Positions 25,201 to 40,200 are shown, counted from the first letter of the stretch. The stretch: 64,000 bases of DNA from Phoronis australis (GCA_002633005.1 NMRA01000743.1:62001-126000); one strand, 5' to 3'. Notes: generated by a model from the sequence alone, not told the origin. Made by a program: numbers and translations.

Positions 25201-28200
25201 CAGGCACTTTTCCTTGTAATTATGTGAACCAAAAGGATATACCGTAAACGTTCGGTTTAACGCCCTGGGCGGTTAAATTGGCAAATTAAAAAATTCGGAG
25301 GTGGGCTGTTAACTAGACATGGGCGCTTAAGCGTGAAGTTTCAAGATATTGGGGGTGGGTGGTTAACCGAATATGGGTGCTAATTACGATAGACAACCGT
25401 CCTGGCGGTTAATCTCATGATCTGAGTCCCACACGACACACGTACTCGGAACATGTAGCACATTTCAAAGAACTTTATCGTCACGTCACCGTATGTTGAT
25501 AAAAATGTCATAGCAGCGGACGATCCCAACAAATGTTCTGTTGCCCTCAGATTAGTCATTCACAATTTAATTTACAAATTGGTGAGTTATTAGCCCCCGT
25601 GCTATCCTGCGATTTTACCAGATATGAGCCAGTTGTCAATCAAAAGTTACCGCAAAGGCATCACTCAAAAACAAGAATTTGTTTAAGATTTCATTTACAA
25701 AAAATACTAACACTATTACTGGGGATAAGTCTAGTGAGGGCATACAGTAGAGTTTGAGGAAAACAATTAATAGTTCGTACACGTATCTGCATCTGTAAAA
25801 AAATAATTCGTAGATGAAGGGGTAACCGACACCCGTGGTTTGCACAGGTATAGGACTTAAATTAGTGAAGTGCTCCAACCTGCAAGTCACTTCCTTACCG
25901 AGTCGGTGTTGTTGCAACCGGGACTCCGCGCTTGGCATAACGAATGGCAGGTCTCAGCGGTGACCTGAAATTATGATCGTCTTGTATCTAGTCACACCTC
26001 GAAATTCCAATGTCCGTGAGCTGATTTTTGGCGGAAAGTAGAAACCTGGCAAACATAAAGCAACTTTTGCGAATCTGGCCTTTATTTGGTTGTTGCCAAA
26101 TTAAGCTGAACAGTGACTTATAGAGAACAAACAGAACCCTCATTGACATGTAAACGTGTCGTCGCGCAAACATCGGATGTAATTCACAACCTATCTTCTA
26201 TGGCGCGTTTCATTGGCGGTTACTTTTGCAATTTGTTGGATACGCCGAGGAAAATTTCAAACCACGGCATAAATATGAGGTATTAACGTCACAAAACAGC
26301 GATGTTCATTATTTCATTCTTAAACGACCAACTTACAAAACTTTGTGGTGGAAAAAACATTTATTTTACACGCAGTATGTCCAGATTATCCTATTATAAT
26401 ATTACCTACAACATCGCAGAACGGCACTGGTCGGTCCTGCTGTTTGCGCACAATGCTGGCAGACAATTGTGACTTCGAAATGCCGTCAGACAAGTAATAT
26501 AACGGTTTCTTTCAATATGCGTCTCGTTTTTTGTGGCAAAAGACAGGGGCGGGACTCAGCACATGCATATGTATGAGTCACCTGTCACTCACAGGTTAAA
26601 CATGCACTCCAGTGTGTGGGAACTTACGCGCGTGCACCACTCCAAAGTCGCACAAGATCAAAAGACAACAGCGACAGTCCTAAGTAAAGGAGTATACCGG
26701 CGTGATTCTGTACTTTTAAGCCGTCATTATAAAAGACCCAGTGTTTTACGATATTCCTTCGTTCAAGTGTCAACCAACTGCGATGTCGAGAATGTTCCAA
26801 TGTTTGTTTCCCGGCTTGATGTTTCCTTAGCCCGACGTTCCATGCCTATTGCTAGCTGCGTGCATGTCATAACCACTGCCGCCAATTTTCAGTCAGTCCA
26901 CGTCATAGATATTTCAGATTCGAATGGTAAGAATTTTGTTCAGGCTGAAACTGGCCAATGTAGAAACAAAAATATTCGAAGACGGTAGGTGGATACGATA
27001 ATTCACAGTCATGCCTGGGTGGGGGTTGTCGCAAGAAATCATAAGAACTGTCAGCTACATTGGCGACATCTGGTAACGCCAGTTTGACTGAGATGCAATA
27101 AGCGAAAAAGAAAATTTGACTTGCAGTTTTTTATCATTTCAAGATGATACACAAACATCCAGTATCGTATTGCCAATCTTTGAATTCAGAAATCGAGAGA
27201 CAGCAAAATGGTGAGGCACATTGTCCGTTTGATCGCCACACAAACTCAATAAACTGGCAATAACATTCATCAAAATAGGGAGAATTTGACATCTTTCCTT
27301 GAGTCATGGGAAATCGTCAAAATATGAGAGCTTCCAACCCAAAACGAATTGGAAGAATTGTCAAAATCACTGTCACATTTCTCTGGCCTGATTTTTTTGA
27401 ATATATGTTTTATCTAGTGTACTGCAGATGGAAACTCAGCCCGACAAGTGGAGGTATCGAAGCCGGCGTGGTTCGTAAACTTAATTGCGGACATCGGAAG
27501 AAAAAAACGTTCAAGTATTATATATTGAAGTAAATCCATGATCCGGGACGTTACATTTCGTTACTTGTATTATAATTCACATTGTCAAAACCGGAGGCTG
27601 TTGTTACACTCATTGTAATCGTGGATCTAAAAGTCGGGGAATCGTGCGTTTCCTTAGCACTGGGCGCTAAATCTTCAGTCTTTAAAAGTGGGGATGGGCG
27701 CTTAACCGAGAGGTGGGTGCTTAACTGGAAATCTTCATTAATTGCAGAGGGGCGCTTAACTGAGCAGTGGGTGCTTAAATCGGAAATCCACCTAAAGTTG
27801 GAGATAGGCGGTTAAGTGAACATGGGCGTTGAATCCGAAAGTTTATGGCAGTCTAAGAGCAAACTGAGTGAAATCTGAAATATTCCTTGTTATAGATTAT
27901 ATGATTTCACATAAAAGGGCTATATACCCGATTTTTGTCCATCAAAGAAACAAACTTACGACTTACCACTATGAAATTGTTTCGTCTTATTAAGAAGAGG
28001 AATGATTTCTGGGCAGGGGAAGAAATGTGGCTGTGACTTAAAGCTAAGTTATTGAGCCTATAATCTCATGCTATAAGGAACTCTCAGTTCTTCCATTAAG
28101 CTCAGGTATCACCTCTTAATCTGAGTATGGTAAAATCTCACCAGTTATGGAAGAAAATAATTGTCAAATTTGCCCTTTTCTCATTCCAAGATCTTCTTAT

Positions 28201-31200
28201 CTTGTAAGTGCCGACATGAAAAGAATCCTTTGTTGGCACCCTGGCAAGTTTGAGCAACTCTACCTTCAATAACGTTAAAATGCACCACTATCTTCAGAAA
28301 AGCCACTCAGCTTCAGCTGTTGTTGGGATGAACTTGGATAATTAGAGGCGAAATTGCCTATCATATACATGGTTGTAAACACTTGGGGCAACAGTAGTAT
28401 ATTTTAAATTCAAGTTTTCAGTTTGATTTTTTTAGTAGTTTTTGAATAGTTATTGAAAAGTACTGGTGGTAAACCACTGAATTTTGAAAATCAGACGAGA
28501 AATATGACTTATGACCTTGCAGACGTTTTCACAATGTTTTGTGATCATCGTAGATGTCATACAAGACCAGGTGAGGTGATGGTAAAACATTAATGTGGTG
28601 CTTTTTATTTTATATGAAAAAATGAGAAAATATAATTTCAGCTGTCAGGCATATTGTGTCCTGGTGAAATTTTACTTTTACAGAATTAAGTGCCCTAAAT
28701 CAAAATCTTGGGTTTTTTTACAAACGACAGCTTTGTAGCCACTTCAAAGATAATTATAAAACATGCTAAGATTAGGCAAAAAATTGTGAAAAATTTCTTA
28801 AGAACGACCAGGGGCGATTTTCGTAAATGAAAAACACTCACAGAACACTTGCAATGACGAAATATAAATGGCAAATCCTATCCCATAATTCAACATTGCA
28901 GCTTCGCTGACCAAGTGAATCTCTCCAATGGCCACCATTTTTCTTCCCCTCATTTGATTTTTGTGATCTCTTACTTTTTCACACGTGTGTTGCATCACGC
29001 GAACCCATTTCTGTACGTCAAAAGCAATACCTAGTGCATACCCTTATAGGCAAGCATATGCCTATTATACAAAACAATTGAAAACAACACATTTTTTCAA
29101 GCATAGGTGCATGTGGCTGAGGACGCTCATATTTTGTTTGTATCGGGTTATTGATGTAATTTGCCTGTGTTTGCCTTGCTGTTGTGCTATTATGTTCGCA
29201 TGCTATGAGCACAGCTTTAAGCACTTAATGCCTGTGAATCGGTTGTTGGAATTGCTTTTTATTAATAGTCTTTTTAATAAAATAATGCAATTGCTTTAAT
29301 TGTTAATACTTATCAAAATGGTGCTTTTAAAGGAGGATATTACGTGTTTTGAAGATGTTCTTGGTCATTTTGGCATATTGTAGTTAGAGCTGTGGGAGAT
29401 ATCTTGAATCTTTTTAGACAATTTTAAAAAGTGTTTAGAAAACTACAATTTAGATTCAGAAGTGCGGTCCTGAGCTAGTCGTGTAATGGAAACATTGTGT
29501 ATCTGGTGGGTCGAATCATGTTTACCAGCGTCTGGCATCATGCAACTCGTGTCAAATAGCAATTATGTACCCAGGCTGTGAGTGGACAGGCGTATTGTCA
29601 ATTGAGCCCTGTAATTGGAACAGCTGGCATTTCTGGAACTCGCTCACTTAGTCACACTTTGGGTTTCTATGAATTTTGTATAGAAATGCACCAAAAGGTT
29701 CAAATTGAATAAAATTGTCAAGTTGAGCAGACACCTTCAAAATTGTGCAGTATCCTCTTTAATATGTCAGTTGAAGTTATTATAATTGGCCTATTTTATA
29801 TGGTTATTGTTTTCTGTAATTCTGGGAATTTTTTAAAGTACTGTACGCTTGTAATCTTTTCAGGATATGGTAGGTTGTCAGTAGTTCGTACTTTCCAAAA
29901 GTCACTGTAGTTGTACTTGCAAAGAAGTGGGAGCATTTGAATAAAAAACATTAAGTTTTTGTTATTTGTTTGAGAAAATGTCTTTGTACTTAATGGCCCC
30001 TAAATTTAGAACTTATAGCATCTGTTATTCAAATTTTACAAAACGCAAAAGACACGGGATCTAGCATGGCAAAGATTCTAGTACCACATGGATTACTGCA
30101 TTCATTTTGAGTTATTGCCCACGACAGTACTTATTTACTCAAAAATCTTGGGGTTTAATAACACTTTTGAAAGTTTGTGAATTGACATGTATCAAACTTT
30201 TGTCGGTTGAGGTTAACTGTGTTTCTTTCTGTCGCTTCAACTGCCAGAGTTATGCAAAAGACTTGTCCTGCAGCATATAGATAATGTATTGTTTGTTAGT
30301 CACAAGTAAGTGAATTGCTTTTGATTTGAGAACTGACTGAATGTATACAGACAAACGAAAATTTGAAAAATTTTACCAAACGTGGGCGTTAATTTGGATG
30401 TGTCCAGTAATTGTGAGTACCTGGAGTTATGATTTTGCTTTAAAATATTTCATTTCTGTGTCATAATCTTTTATTTATTTTTTGGAATTATATAATGTCA
30501 ACAATATAATACAAAGGATAGAAATTAACACCACTAGTGATTAGGAAACGAGCATTCCCACTCGCCAGCTTGACTTGACTTTCTCCAAAATACTGATTTT
30601 AGTTTAGCTGCTTCTGTGTTATCATTTGTTGGTATGTTTTGAAGGTCAACTGGAGAGTACTGCTTTCCTGCTAAGGTTCCAGATACCATCACTTCGTGGA
30701 TTACGACCGCCTTCGCCATGAGTGAAAGCGACGGACTCGGTGTCATGGCCAAGCCAACAAAGGTGATCTGTGCAGTAAAATAATACCAATTTCGGGCAAA
30801 TTATTGCCAAAAGCTCTTGTTTTTGTTTTCCGAATCGAGTGATTTTAGTGTTTTATCTTCTAAATGTATGATGGTGCCTGTAGTAGACAACTTATTATTC
30901 TGAACTACTCAGTTTGCCACGATTATCTCGCACGACAAAGATTTGTCATGTAGTGTTCACTTATATGTGCAATTCAGTTGCATTGTGTAATTAACCTTTG
31001 CAAGATCTGTGACGGTATTCTGTTTCATGACTCGAATTGGGTGTTGAACTTTTATTATAATTTTTAGCATAATGGTAGTTGATGAATTTCATCAAAATTT
31101 AATTGCATGGCTTTGTTGAAGTTGTGGGGAAAGCCCCTAAAAAAACGAAATGAAAAATATCTGAAAATGTTGCATTGAAATTTCAACTAGAGGAAGTTTT

Positions 31201-34200
31201 GTCAATTTGTTATTAATAATGCTGCATTAAAGCTGTGTTTTTATTTGTTACACTGGCTCTTTCACTGTGCTCTTTCCAGCTGGTAGTTTACCGACCGTTC
31301 TTTGTCTCACTCACCCTGTTGCCATTCATAAAGCGAGGAGAAGAGTTCGTGCTAAAAGTCATCGTATTCAACTACAAACCGCTGGCAGTGAAAGTGAGTG
31401 TTGCTGTGGCAGTTGTTTGAACTTCTCTATTGAAATGTAGCCCATTATGAACACTGATGTGCCGTGGCTCTTGCAGTTGTATCTTTTGGTTGCGTAGTCA
31501 TGTTACCAGTTGTGCAGTCATGCTGCAAAGGGTGCACTGTTGTGCTTTTATTGTTGTGGCTGTGCTGTTAATGGGCAGCCTCAGTTTTAATTACCACATC
31601 CTCTTTTGCTGAGGTAAAAAACACTTTGCATAAATGACTTTGAAAGGTTAAAGTATGATTTTTCATGGGTCATTAAGCTTTTTAATGTTTCGATACCTGT
31701 CTTGCACCTCGCTAGGTAAGCACAGAAAACTTTATTGGCATCAGTATGACAATTGCAAAGTATTAATCATGGTTTAAAAACAAATAGATGTGTCGCATGA
31801 TCATGAAAAAATGTCACACAAGCTGTCCAGCATGGTCTTGTTTTAAATTGGATCTGTGCTCAAAGTATCGACTTTTTGAAGTGAGATGTAAGAAGATGAT
31901 TAGTAGGCCATTTGCAATTGTGGGCCAATTGCCCTACACATGCGCTGCATTGTGGGTAAATACCACAGATTCAGAGAGGGCGCTGCAGTATTGTGGCAAG
32001 CTGTAATCGATTATACAGTCTTTGTCTGTTAAAGTAATATGTTGGACCTTATCGACAACTCTGTGTTTTTAGCCAAATATCTACAAAACCAGATTTTTGT
32101 CTCGGTTAAAGTGTATTTTCTGAAATTAGAAAGCCATTATAATTGGTACTTGGTGTTATACCAATCTTTCTTTAACTGGGTCACATGACCGACCATCTGC
32201 CAAGAATTATTGCATTTGGCTTACCTCAAAATTCAACTGCTGCCTCAGTGGTTTGGTAACTGGCCCAATTATGCGGCACGAACAGCAGAATTACTGAGGC
32301 AACATTTTAAAAAAGTTTTATGTTGTAGAAGTCCAATTTTCAAAATTCAAAAACCTAATCACGTGTACTTTTTACGAACGAATTACTCAACTATGCTAAA
32401 ATCTTTCGAAACAAAAATTTTAAAATCCTATTGTTGCCCCCAGTTTGTTTATGATGTGGCAAATGATTATTTGAAAGAGAAAGCAGCCTGAGGCAATGTA
32501 ATTATAACAGCATGGTATCTATTCAGCAGATTTCCAGGTGCACAAACCGGTGGAGTTGACCAATCTCGAGCTGTGAAAGTGTTCACATAGTATTCTTTTC
32601 ATGATCTCGTTTTTGTAAATTTTGGCAAAAAAGAAAAATACATTTGTTGTAGAACACAGGTCTTTAACATGACCAAATTTTGTTTTATATAAATGTTCAA
32701 GATGAAATCTCAAAAAGCTGAGTTTTTCTAAATATCATGTTGTTTTAAGTATTAAATTGTTTTTTCCTTAAAATCATGAAAATCCTGTTTTTGATTCCTG
32801 CTTGTACAAAAGTGGAACATTTTTACAATAGTATTTTGGAGAACAGTGCACAAAGCATAACATCTGAAAGTTTCATATGAACGTGAATAGCCATTTCTAA
32901 TATTCAAGTTGGCTGAATTTGTTAATTTCTATAGGATACTACATAACCTGAGATATATTGTTACTTTATGCAGTCATAGTCTTTATGTTTGTGTTTTCAG
33001 GTTGTACTGTGCTAGAGCAATATTAGTCTAATTATGTGATAGTGATGTCGGGTCAAAATTGGGTCGCCAATAATGATTGGGGGTTATTTTCTCTCTTAGA
33101 CTGAGGTCACTCTTCACCAGTCCGAGGATTTCTTTGTGCGTCACCAGGAGGGTAACAAGGATATAGAAGATGTCGCGCCGGTATCCAAGGATGTGCTGAC
33201 TGTTGTCAATGCAGCACCCAGCCAGGGAACATTGGCTCAGTTCCTTATTGTGCCTCAGAAAATCGGTACCATCAAAATTAAAGTATCCGCTAGGGCAGCG
33301 GATGGATCGACTGACGCTGTGCTGAGAGAGCTTCTTGTTAAGGTTTGATCTATGTTACTGTGTGTTGACGAATAATAATTAAATCTTCAATTGACACCCC
33401 CCCCCGTTAACTATTGTTTAGATTTTAGTTTTTGTATCAGATGTGAACTCTGGTCTTGGCTAGAGCTGACAATTTTGTTAGTACCTGAAATTTGGGTATT
33501 TGCTGACTTTCATGACCAGTTTCCCTGTCTGAAAGAGAGCCTTTGTTGACTGACAAAATTCACTGCAAAAATGTGCCTTGCAGACAAAATTCAGTACAGA
33601 GATGGTTTGATTTTTGCAGCTACACAAATCATAAGATTTTTAATGGTATTATCTACAATTTTGTTGGAAAAGATGTATTTCGTTTTTGACAAGATGGCAT
33701 CTCTTCTTGTTCTCTTCCAGGCTTAATAGGTTGAAAATTCAGCTGTACTAGAATCTTTTAAAACGTTATTTTCTTGGAACAAAACTACAAAAGGGTGGCA
33801 GCTCCATAGAGGTCCCTTTTTTAGCCCACTCCCGAATTTGCATCTTGGGGATAGTGTGTTAGCATGTCATTTCCTGAAGTGTCTGATGGTATACTGATAT
33901 TCATAGTAGCAGTAATTCTCCACTTGTTTCGCACAAAAAATTGCCAAAGTTTTCATTAAAAATTTACATTTTTCAAACGCTGACTTACCTTGCTGCAAAT
34001 AATGTAAAAGTTACCAAAAGTTGTTTTGTGACATCTGATCACTGCAAACAATTTTTTCTTAATCTGTATTTTTGTTTGGAAATTCGACAAAATAGAATTT
34101 CACTTGTTGGACATGTTGTATGCTGAATAATGATTTTTTTAAACATTTATTGCAATAATAATAACACTGACAGTACAAAGACAGAAATCCCCAATGACAC

Positions 34201-37200
34201 ATCACACAAACACACACACACACACATTTCACCAAATGTACTTTTCTCATCTGCAGTTTCTTTTTAAAGAGGAAAAACCAGACAATCTTTGGAGAAATAT
34301 GTCTCCTAATCCATTTTTACAATAAATATATTTTTCGAATTTGAAATAAGTTTCTAATTCTTTTTTGAAAAGTGTTATAGATGAAGGCTCTACTTTCAAA
34401 ATTCTACAGTATTTATGCTTTTTGGCCAAAAGAATGATAAGATTCAAAAGTTCCTCCGCTTTTCCAGTTTTATCAAATATAACAGTCTGAAATTAATCTA
34501 CCGATATATCGACGTTCTTTTGCAAAATAATGAAAAATTACTGCCATTATATGATCATTCAGAAAGTGTGATTTGGTGTACTTAAGAGTTGTCAGTCATG
34601 AGTGTAGACATTTTACTAACTGATTCAATTGTTGACAGCACAATATGAGCTTTAGAAAATGTCAATAATGCAGCTAAGGCTTAATATCTGTTGAATGACT
34701 CTGCAGTGTTTGTCATTTTATCTGTTTTAAACTTTTGTGTCATTAACAAATCTCCTGGGTATTTTTGACGCACAGACCTTCCTCACAGGTACTTCGATAT
34801 ACTTCTAGACATATGTCAAACATAAATACACTGTAGTGTCAGTAATTTTAATAGTCAGCTCATTTCATTTCGATGAAAATTTACTGTCTTCTCTGTTCAA
34901 GCCTGAAGGTGAGGAGAGATGTAGTACGCAATCCTTCCTGGCTGATCTCACGACCCCACAACAGAACTCGGAGACACAGACGTTTGACACTGACTTTCCC
35001 ATGGAGGCGGTATCTGGATCTCAGAGTATCATGATCAAGACTACTGGTAGGTCTATTTCATATATGCACATGTGTAATGGTACATATGGGTGTGTTATAT
35101 CTTTTGTGCAAAGGTGAAATACACAAGAGCTACTTAAGGTTTCACAATACAGTAGGGAAATAGGAGATAAATAATCTCAACATTATTTGTGCTTTGATTT
35201 CATTTAAAATTGATGTAAGGTAGGATGTTAACTTGTTAGAAATACTCCGTATTGGTTTCGGATCTTTATGAAATTGGGCAAATATGTGCTCCTATTAAGC
35301 AAGCAGCACAGGTGTTAATTTTTTGTTGGATCTGACTTATGTGATGCCCCTAGTGACAAACTGGAAATGCGTCTGTCTTTAACTATCTACCAAGTTATTC
35401 ATCGATCTTTATGCATTCCAAATGAGGAGAGTACAACTGTGTTGAGTTTCAAATGGATCCAACAACGCTGGAAATACTTGAAGAATGAGCACTGATGACA
35501 GAATTGTCAATCGAAATGGTTGGCTGAGTTATTAAATCAATGACTGTATTTAAACTTAATGTTTTGGCAATCATACCACACACATTACTGGTAAATTTCA
35601 GGCGGAGATCTGTCACACCTGTTGAGCCGTGGTTCTTTACATTCACGCTGTCCTGATGCCATAGACTACTGTTAGGCTGTGCTCAGCTTAGTGGTCACAG
35701 TAATTCGTTTCTACCGGAATGAATAGTTTCTTTATGCACAGTTTTATGGTGGGGTCCAGTCACCAGAAAAAACACACTCAAGTACAGAGCTAGTTAACTA
35801 TTTGGGTGTTGCCTTTATGAACAAATCTTGACCCTTCTCATTGTAAAGTGCGACGCTTTTGAGTTTTTCCGCTAGGATTGCCAGCAATACGAATTTGTAG
35901 AGGCCTTACAATATGGAGAGTGGAAAGATTATCTGAGCAAATTTGTGCTGCCCTTTATGATATAGTTCAAACATAATAGCCATTTTCTGATATAACAACG
36001 GCAAAGCATTGAACACCATCTACAATTCATGGGTGACACAGGACCATGTGAAATTTCACATTTAAACATTTTGTTCTTATAAATTCTTCTAGTATTCCGT
36101 CAAATTACGACTATTGTAGGAATGGGTTTTCAGTCTCAGTGACTCGGTCAAAGAACCCAGTCTATAATTGCGAAATATCCAATGAAGGGAACCACACCCC
36201 GTCCTATAAATATCTCTGCATTTTGGGCTTGGAGGGGGTAACTAGTGTGTATAGTGGCTGAGAACATGACGGCATTCTCCTGTTCAGTGACTTTACCAGA
36301 TGGGAGGATTGTGAGCTTGTAATAACATCTAGCTCCCTTGTTAACTGCTAAGCACAGTATTTTGTCTGGTATGACAACAGGCAGGCATAGTATAGAGGCT
36401 TATTACAGACCACATGTGAACACAGTCAAACCCAGAGCGTTTGGAAAGAATAGATTGTCGTAACTTCGGTTGCAGTTGGGCGATTTTGGCGATTCAAAAA
36501 CTAAACATGATCAGCATTTGATGAGGAATTCAGAAATGCTATTGGTTTATGTTCAAATATGTTATAACTTAACTTTTATTTTTAACAGCACAGCCTAGTC
36601 AGGCAGATATGATCTTATTGAAGATTAGAGCAATTATAGAACAAAAGAGAGCTGGCCCTTCAAACTTAAATGCCAGAATGGAGTTAATCAGTCGTGTGAG
36701 ATATACTGGCTGCAGGGGTCATCTTCGCAACTTGGTGTTGGGCTACAGAATCGAACAAGTTGGGAGCAATGGGAAGGCGCCGTAATGATTTTGCGGGGAT
36801 GGTTATAAATCATGGGTGTCATTCGCACACAATTAAACCTTTTGAAATTCATATGCAAGGTCAGTGAAAGCAGTACTTTGTGAACCCTGTTCTTAGTCAT
36901 ACAACTGTCCCATTTGGACTGTGTAACTAAAAGTTTAACAGAAGTTTTATGGTCCTGGCTGAGAAGATAATTATTTTATTACTCCCATGCATTTGGAATA
37001 GCGGAGCCTGGAATGTGCCCGTCTTGCACACCACAGTTTGACATCCCTGCTATGCTCCCAAAGTGCCAAAAAGCTGTATGTCAAATGTTTGCTATGAGCC
37101 ACACTCAGTTCTTTGTGGTGTGTACAGGTGACCTGATGGGCCCCACAATACAGGGACTGGACCAACTGCTGACCATCCCTGTGGGCTGTGGAGAGCAGAA

Positions 37201-40200
37201 CATGCTGACCATGGTTCCCAACATCTTTGTGCTGGACTACCTTAATGCCATCAACAACCTCGACTCTAGCATCCGTGCACGCGGTCTGACCAATATGGAG
37301 ACAGGTGAGCCAGTTCATACTTTGTGAGGACCACCACTATCGCATGTATTGACGGCAGTGTCTAATCCGTGACTCATGCTGAAGGTCCTGCCTTTATGAT
37401 TGCTTAAGTGTGTTGTGTTCCCCATTCACATTGCACTGCATTTTTGGCAATATTTTGATGACTCCAATAAGCCATAGTGTGCACCAGTCAAGTCACTCCA
37501 TCATTGCTCAGGCAGGTTACACAATAGAGATTTGGACATATTAACAAAGAAACAGCACTTGCAGTGAACTTCACTACTGCATGAGGGACTTTGTACATGT
37601 GAAAATATACAATTCCAAAACCCAATTGAATTTGTGAACTGAGGCGCAAGTTTCAATTTCCCAACTCCCTGCCAACTGGCTGAGCTGTTGAGAGTCAAAA
37701 GACCCTTTCCCATAAAGTTAACTTCGCTACTGCTGAAGTTTCGTTGTTAACTGTGGTTAACCGCGAAGTTAAGTTTTAGTGTTCCCATCAGCTCCGGAGT
37801 TATAGTTCAGCGAAGTTATACCAAGGTGGCGCTAATATTATCTTTGGTCATGATATTGCCTTGCTGTTTTTGTCAGTGCTTGCCATCAAAAATAGCAAGG
37901 ACCTCTCCCTTAATGGAAACTAGAGTGTCAACTTCACAAGGCAAGCAACAGTTACCATGTTGGGACGATGACGATGTACTTGAAATATATAAAGTTGACT
38001 CTTGAGCAGGCTAATAGCTGATCCAAACAAAGGTGGTATTGAGTGGAGGGAACTTCTTTTGCGTACACTTTGCATTCAGTCATTTTTTGAATGTAAAGAA
38101 TGCAGAAAGGTGCATGGATGAATTGAAACAGAATGGTTATACTGTCAAAATTATAATTATTAGAAGAATTTATTAACAAATTGTAACCAGTCACTGCCTG
38201 CTGTTGGCTAACACGAGCACTGTCCCCTGCTGATAACTCCGATGTCATCGAAGTTAAGTGTTCCCATTGTAGCGAAGTGTCAACACTTGCTTTTAAATTC
38301 ACCTCTTTACTTCGGAGTTAATTCATGCTACTAACTTCGATTCAAGACCATTGACAGAAGCTTCAGTGTTGGAGCCAGTGGGAAAATCTTTTCAGGCACA
38401 TAATTTTATGAAATGTTGAGGCGTCATAAAGGATTAGGTGACCAAGCAGACCAAGCAGCTGGACTGAATAATGGGATATTGTGTTCACATTAGCGAACCA
38501 TTTAATACCATGGTACTCATGGCAACATTTTATAACCAACATTATATGAATTTCTCATATTAGACTCAATGACTTCTACCTTAACCAACATTCAGACGAG
38601 GCCCAAATATCGTGGCCACTATTACGAGCAACGCAAAGCTAGAGGCGTCTGGACTTAATTTCGGTTGCCGATATTCATTGAAAATGTATTTCTATGCATG
38701 AACACAGTTAATCGAGCATTGTGATCTGGCTCATAAAATGTAATAAACAGCCCTATCAAAGTAAAACTGCATTTTGAAATAATACACATTTTCAAGAATT
38801 GATGATTCCACAAACATGCCTAACACAAAAAAGTAGCCTAAATCGGTGAACGAATCGTAAAAACTTGTTCACTTATAACAGTTACGTCAAAATTAGATTG
38901 ACTTCTGCTGCTTGACAGATACGGAAAGCAGTCTGTGCTCAATTATCTTCACCTAAATGGCATTTCACTCTTGAAATATATTTATGTGAGCATATGGACC
39001 CGCATTACTCCTTTTCCCCTCATCTTGGTCTATTCCATTATTCCCTCGTGCAGGACTACACGACGTTTTTCCAGCCTTCGCATTGGTCTGTTGTTATCAC
39101 GTGCCTCGAGTTCGGTCAGCTCTTGGCTCTTATAGGCTGATGATTGTCACGTGTCTTTAGGGGCGTTTTTCTTTGTTATTGTAACCTCGCTTTCAGTTCA
39201 CTTTGTTCTGGCCATTTGTTGTACATCAAAAACTCATTCACTTTTCCCACCCTCTTCCTCCCAGTTTTCGTCATTCTCTCGTACTTCCACGTGGCCGGCG
39301 CTTTTTTTTTTTCATCTTACCAGAGATTACCTATTATACGTTATTTACCTGTTTTCATTTTATTGTAATTGTACTAGTCATAATAAATGACCTTATATCG
39401 CCTACATCAGTCTCCTTTTCATCTCTGGTAACGAGCTTGAGACGCACGTATCATTTATTTATTATTCGGGACATATGTCGATCATAAATAGACTTGGGCT
39501 ATAAGGAACATAAAGTATGGAAATGTGCTGTCTGGACTGGCTGCATGAATAATGAGTTGATCCAGGCCTGTATTCCATGTAAATGACAATGTCATGTCAT
39601 GAAAGTTATAACTTTGCAACATTGGTTGAATAAATGTAAGTAGTTGTGACCTATTGTTTTGTAGTAAATGATCCAATGGTGTTTATTTTCTTGTCGAATT
39701 TGGATATCTAAATCTGTAACCCCCGACCTTCCTGTTTCAGGTTATCAGCGCGAATTGCTGTACAGGCATGAGGACGGGTCGTTTAGTGCCTTTGGTACCA
39801 GTGATCCTAGCGGAAGTACCTGGTTAGTTGCTGTCATAGCTAGTCTTGGCTGCTAAAATCTTATGTTTTGCTTTAAAGAAAGTTGAGGAAGTGTGGCCTA
39901 GTGGGATAGGTGTTCGCTTCTTTTATTCAAGCTTGTGGGTTCAAGTCCCACTGGGGCACACTGCTAGACCAGTGAGTCAGGCCTCTAGCACCTCAGTTTG
40001 GTTTTATCTGTATATTAAAAAAAGCATAAAAATGGTTCCAGGTGATTAGTGCAATGGGGTTACCTGTGCGGCCTGCGCACATCTGGTACGTTTACCAGAC
40101 CATTTGCAATTTTTTATAAAGTCTGTAATAACGTATTAGAAGCAAGGTCTCCTCAAAATCAAGTCATGATTCGTAATTTTGTGTAACAACTCCCAAGCTT

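Noticed and set aside
26533-26988. 151-aa ORF inside the Tc2-like element as a possible transposase
   Set aside because: No DDE/D or HTH features visible; not preserved as an ORF in the other copies.
28190-29660. Loose Trp-containing matches (TWIIRG near 28330, [10 protein letters not shown] near 29510)
   Set aside because: No coherent splice sites or frame; similarity is within chance expectation.
39885-39960. Possible tRNA gene
   Set aside because: A and B boxes are present, but I could not form a proper anticodon arm and a SINE-like body follows.
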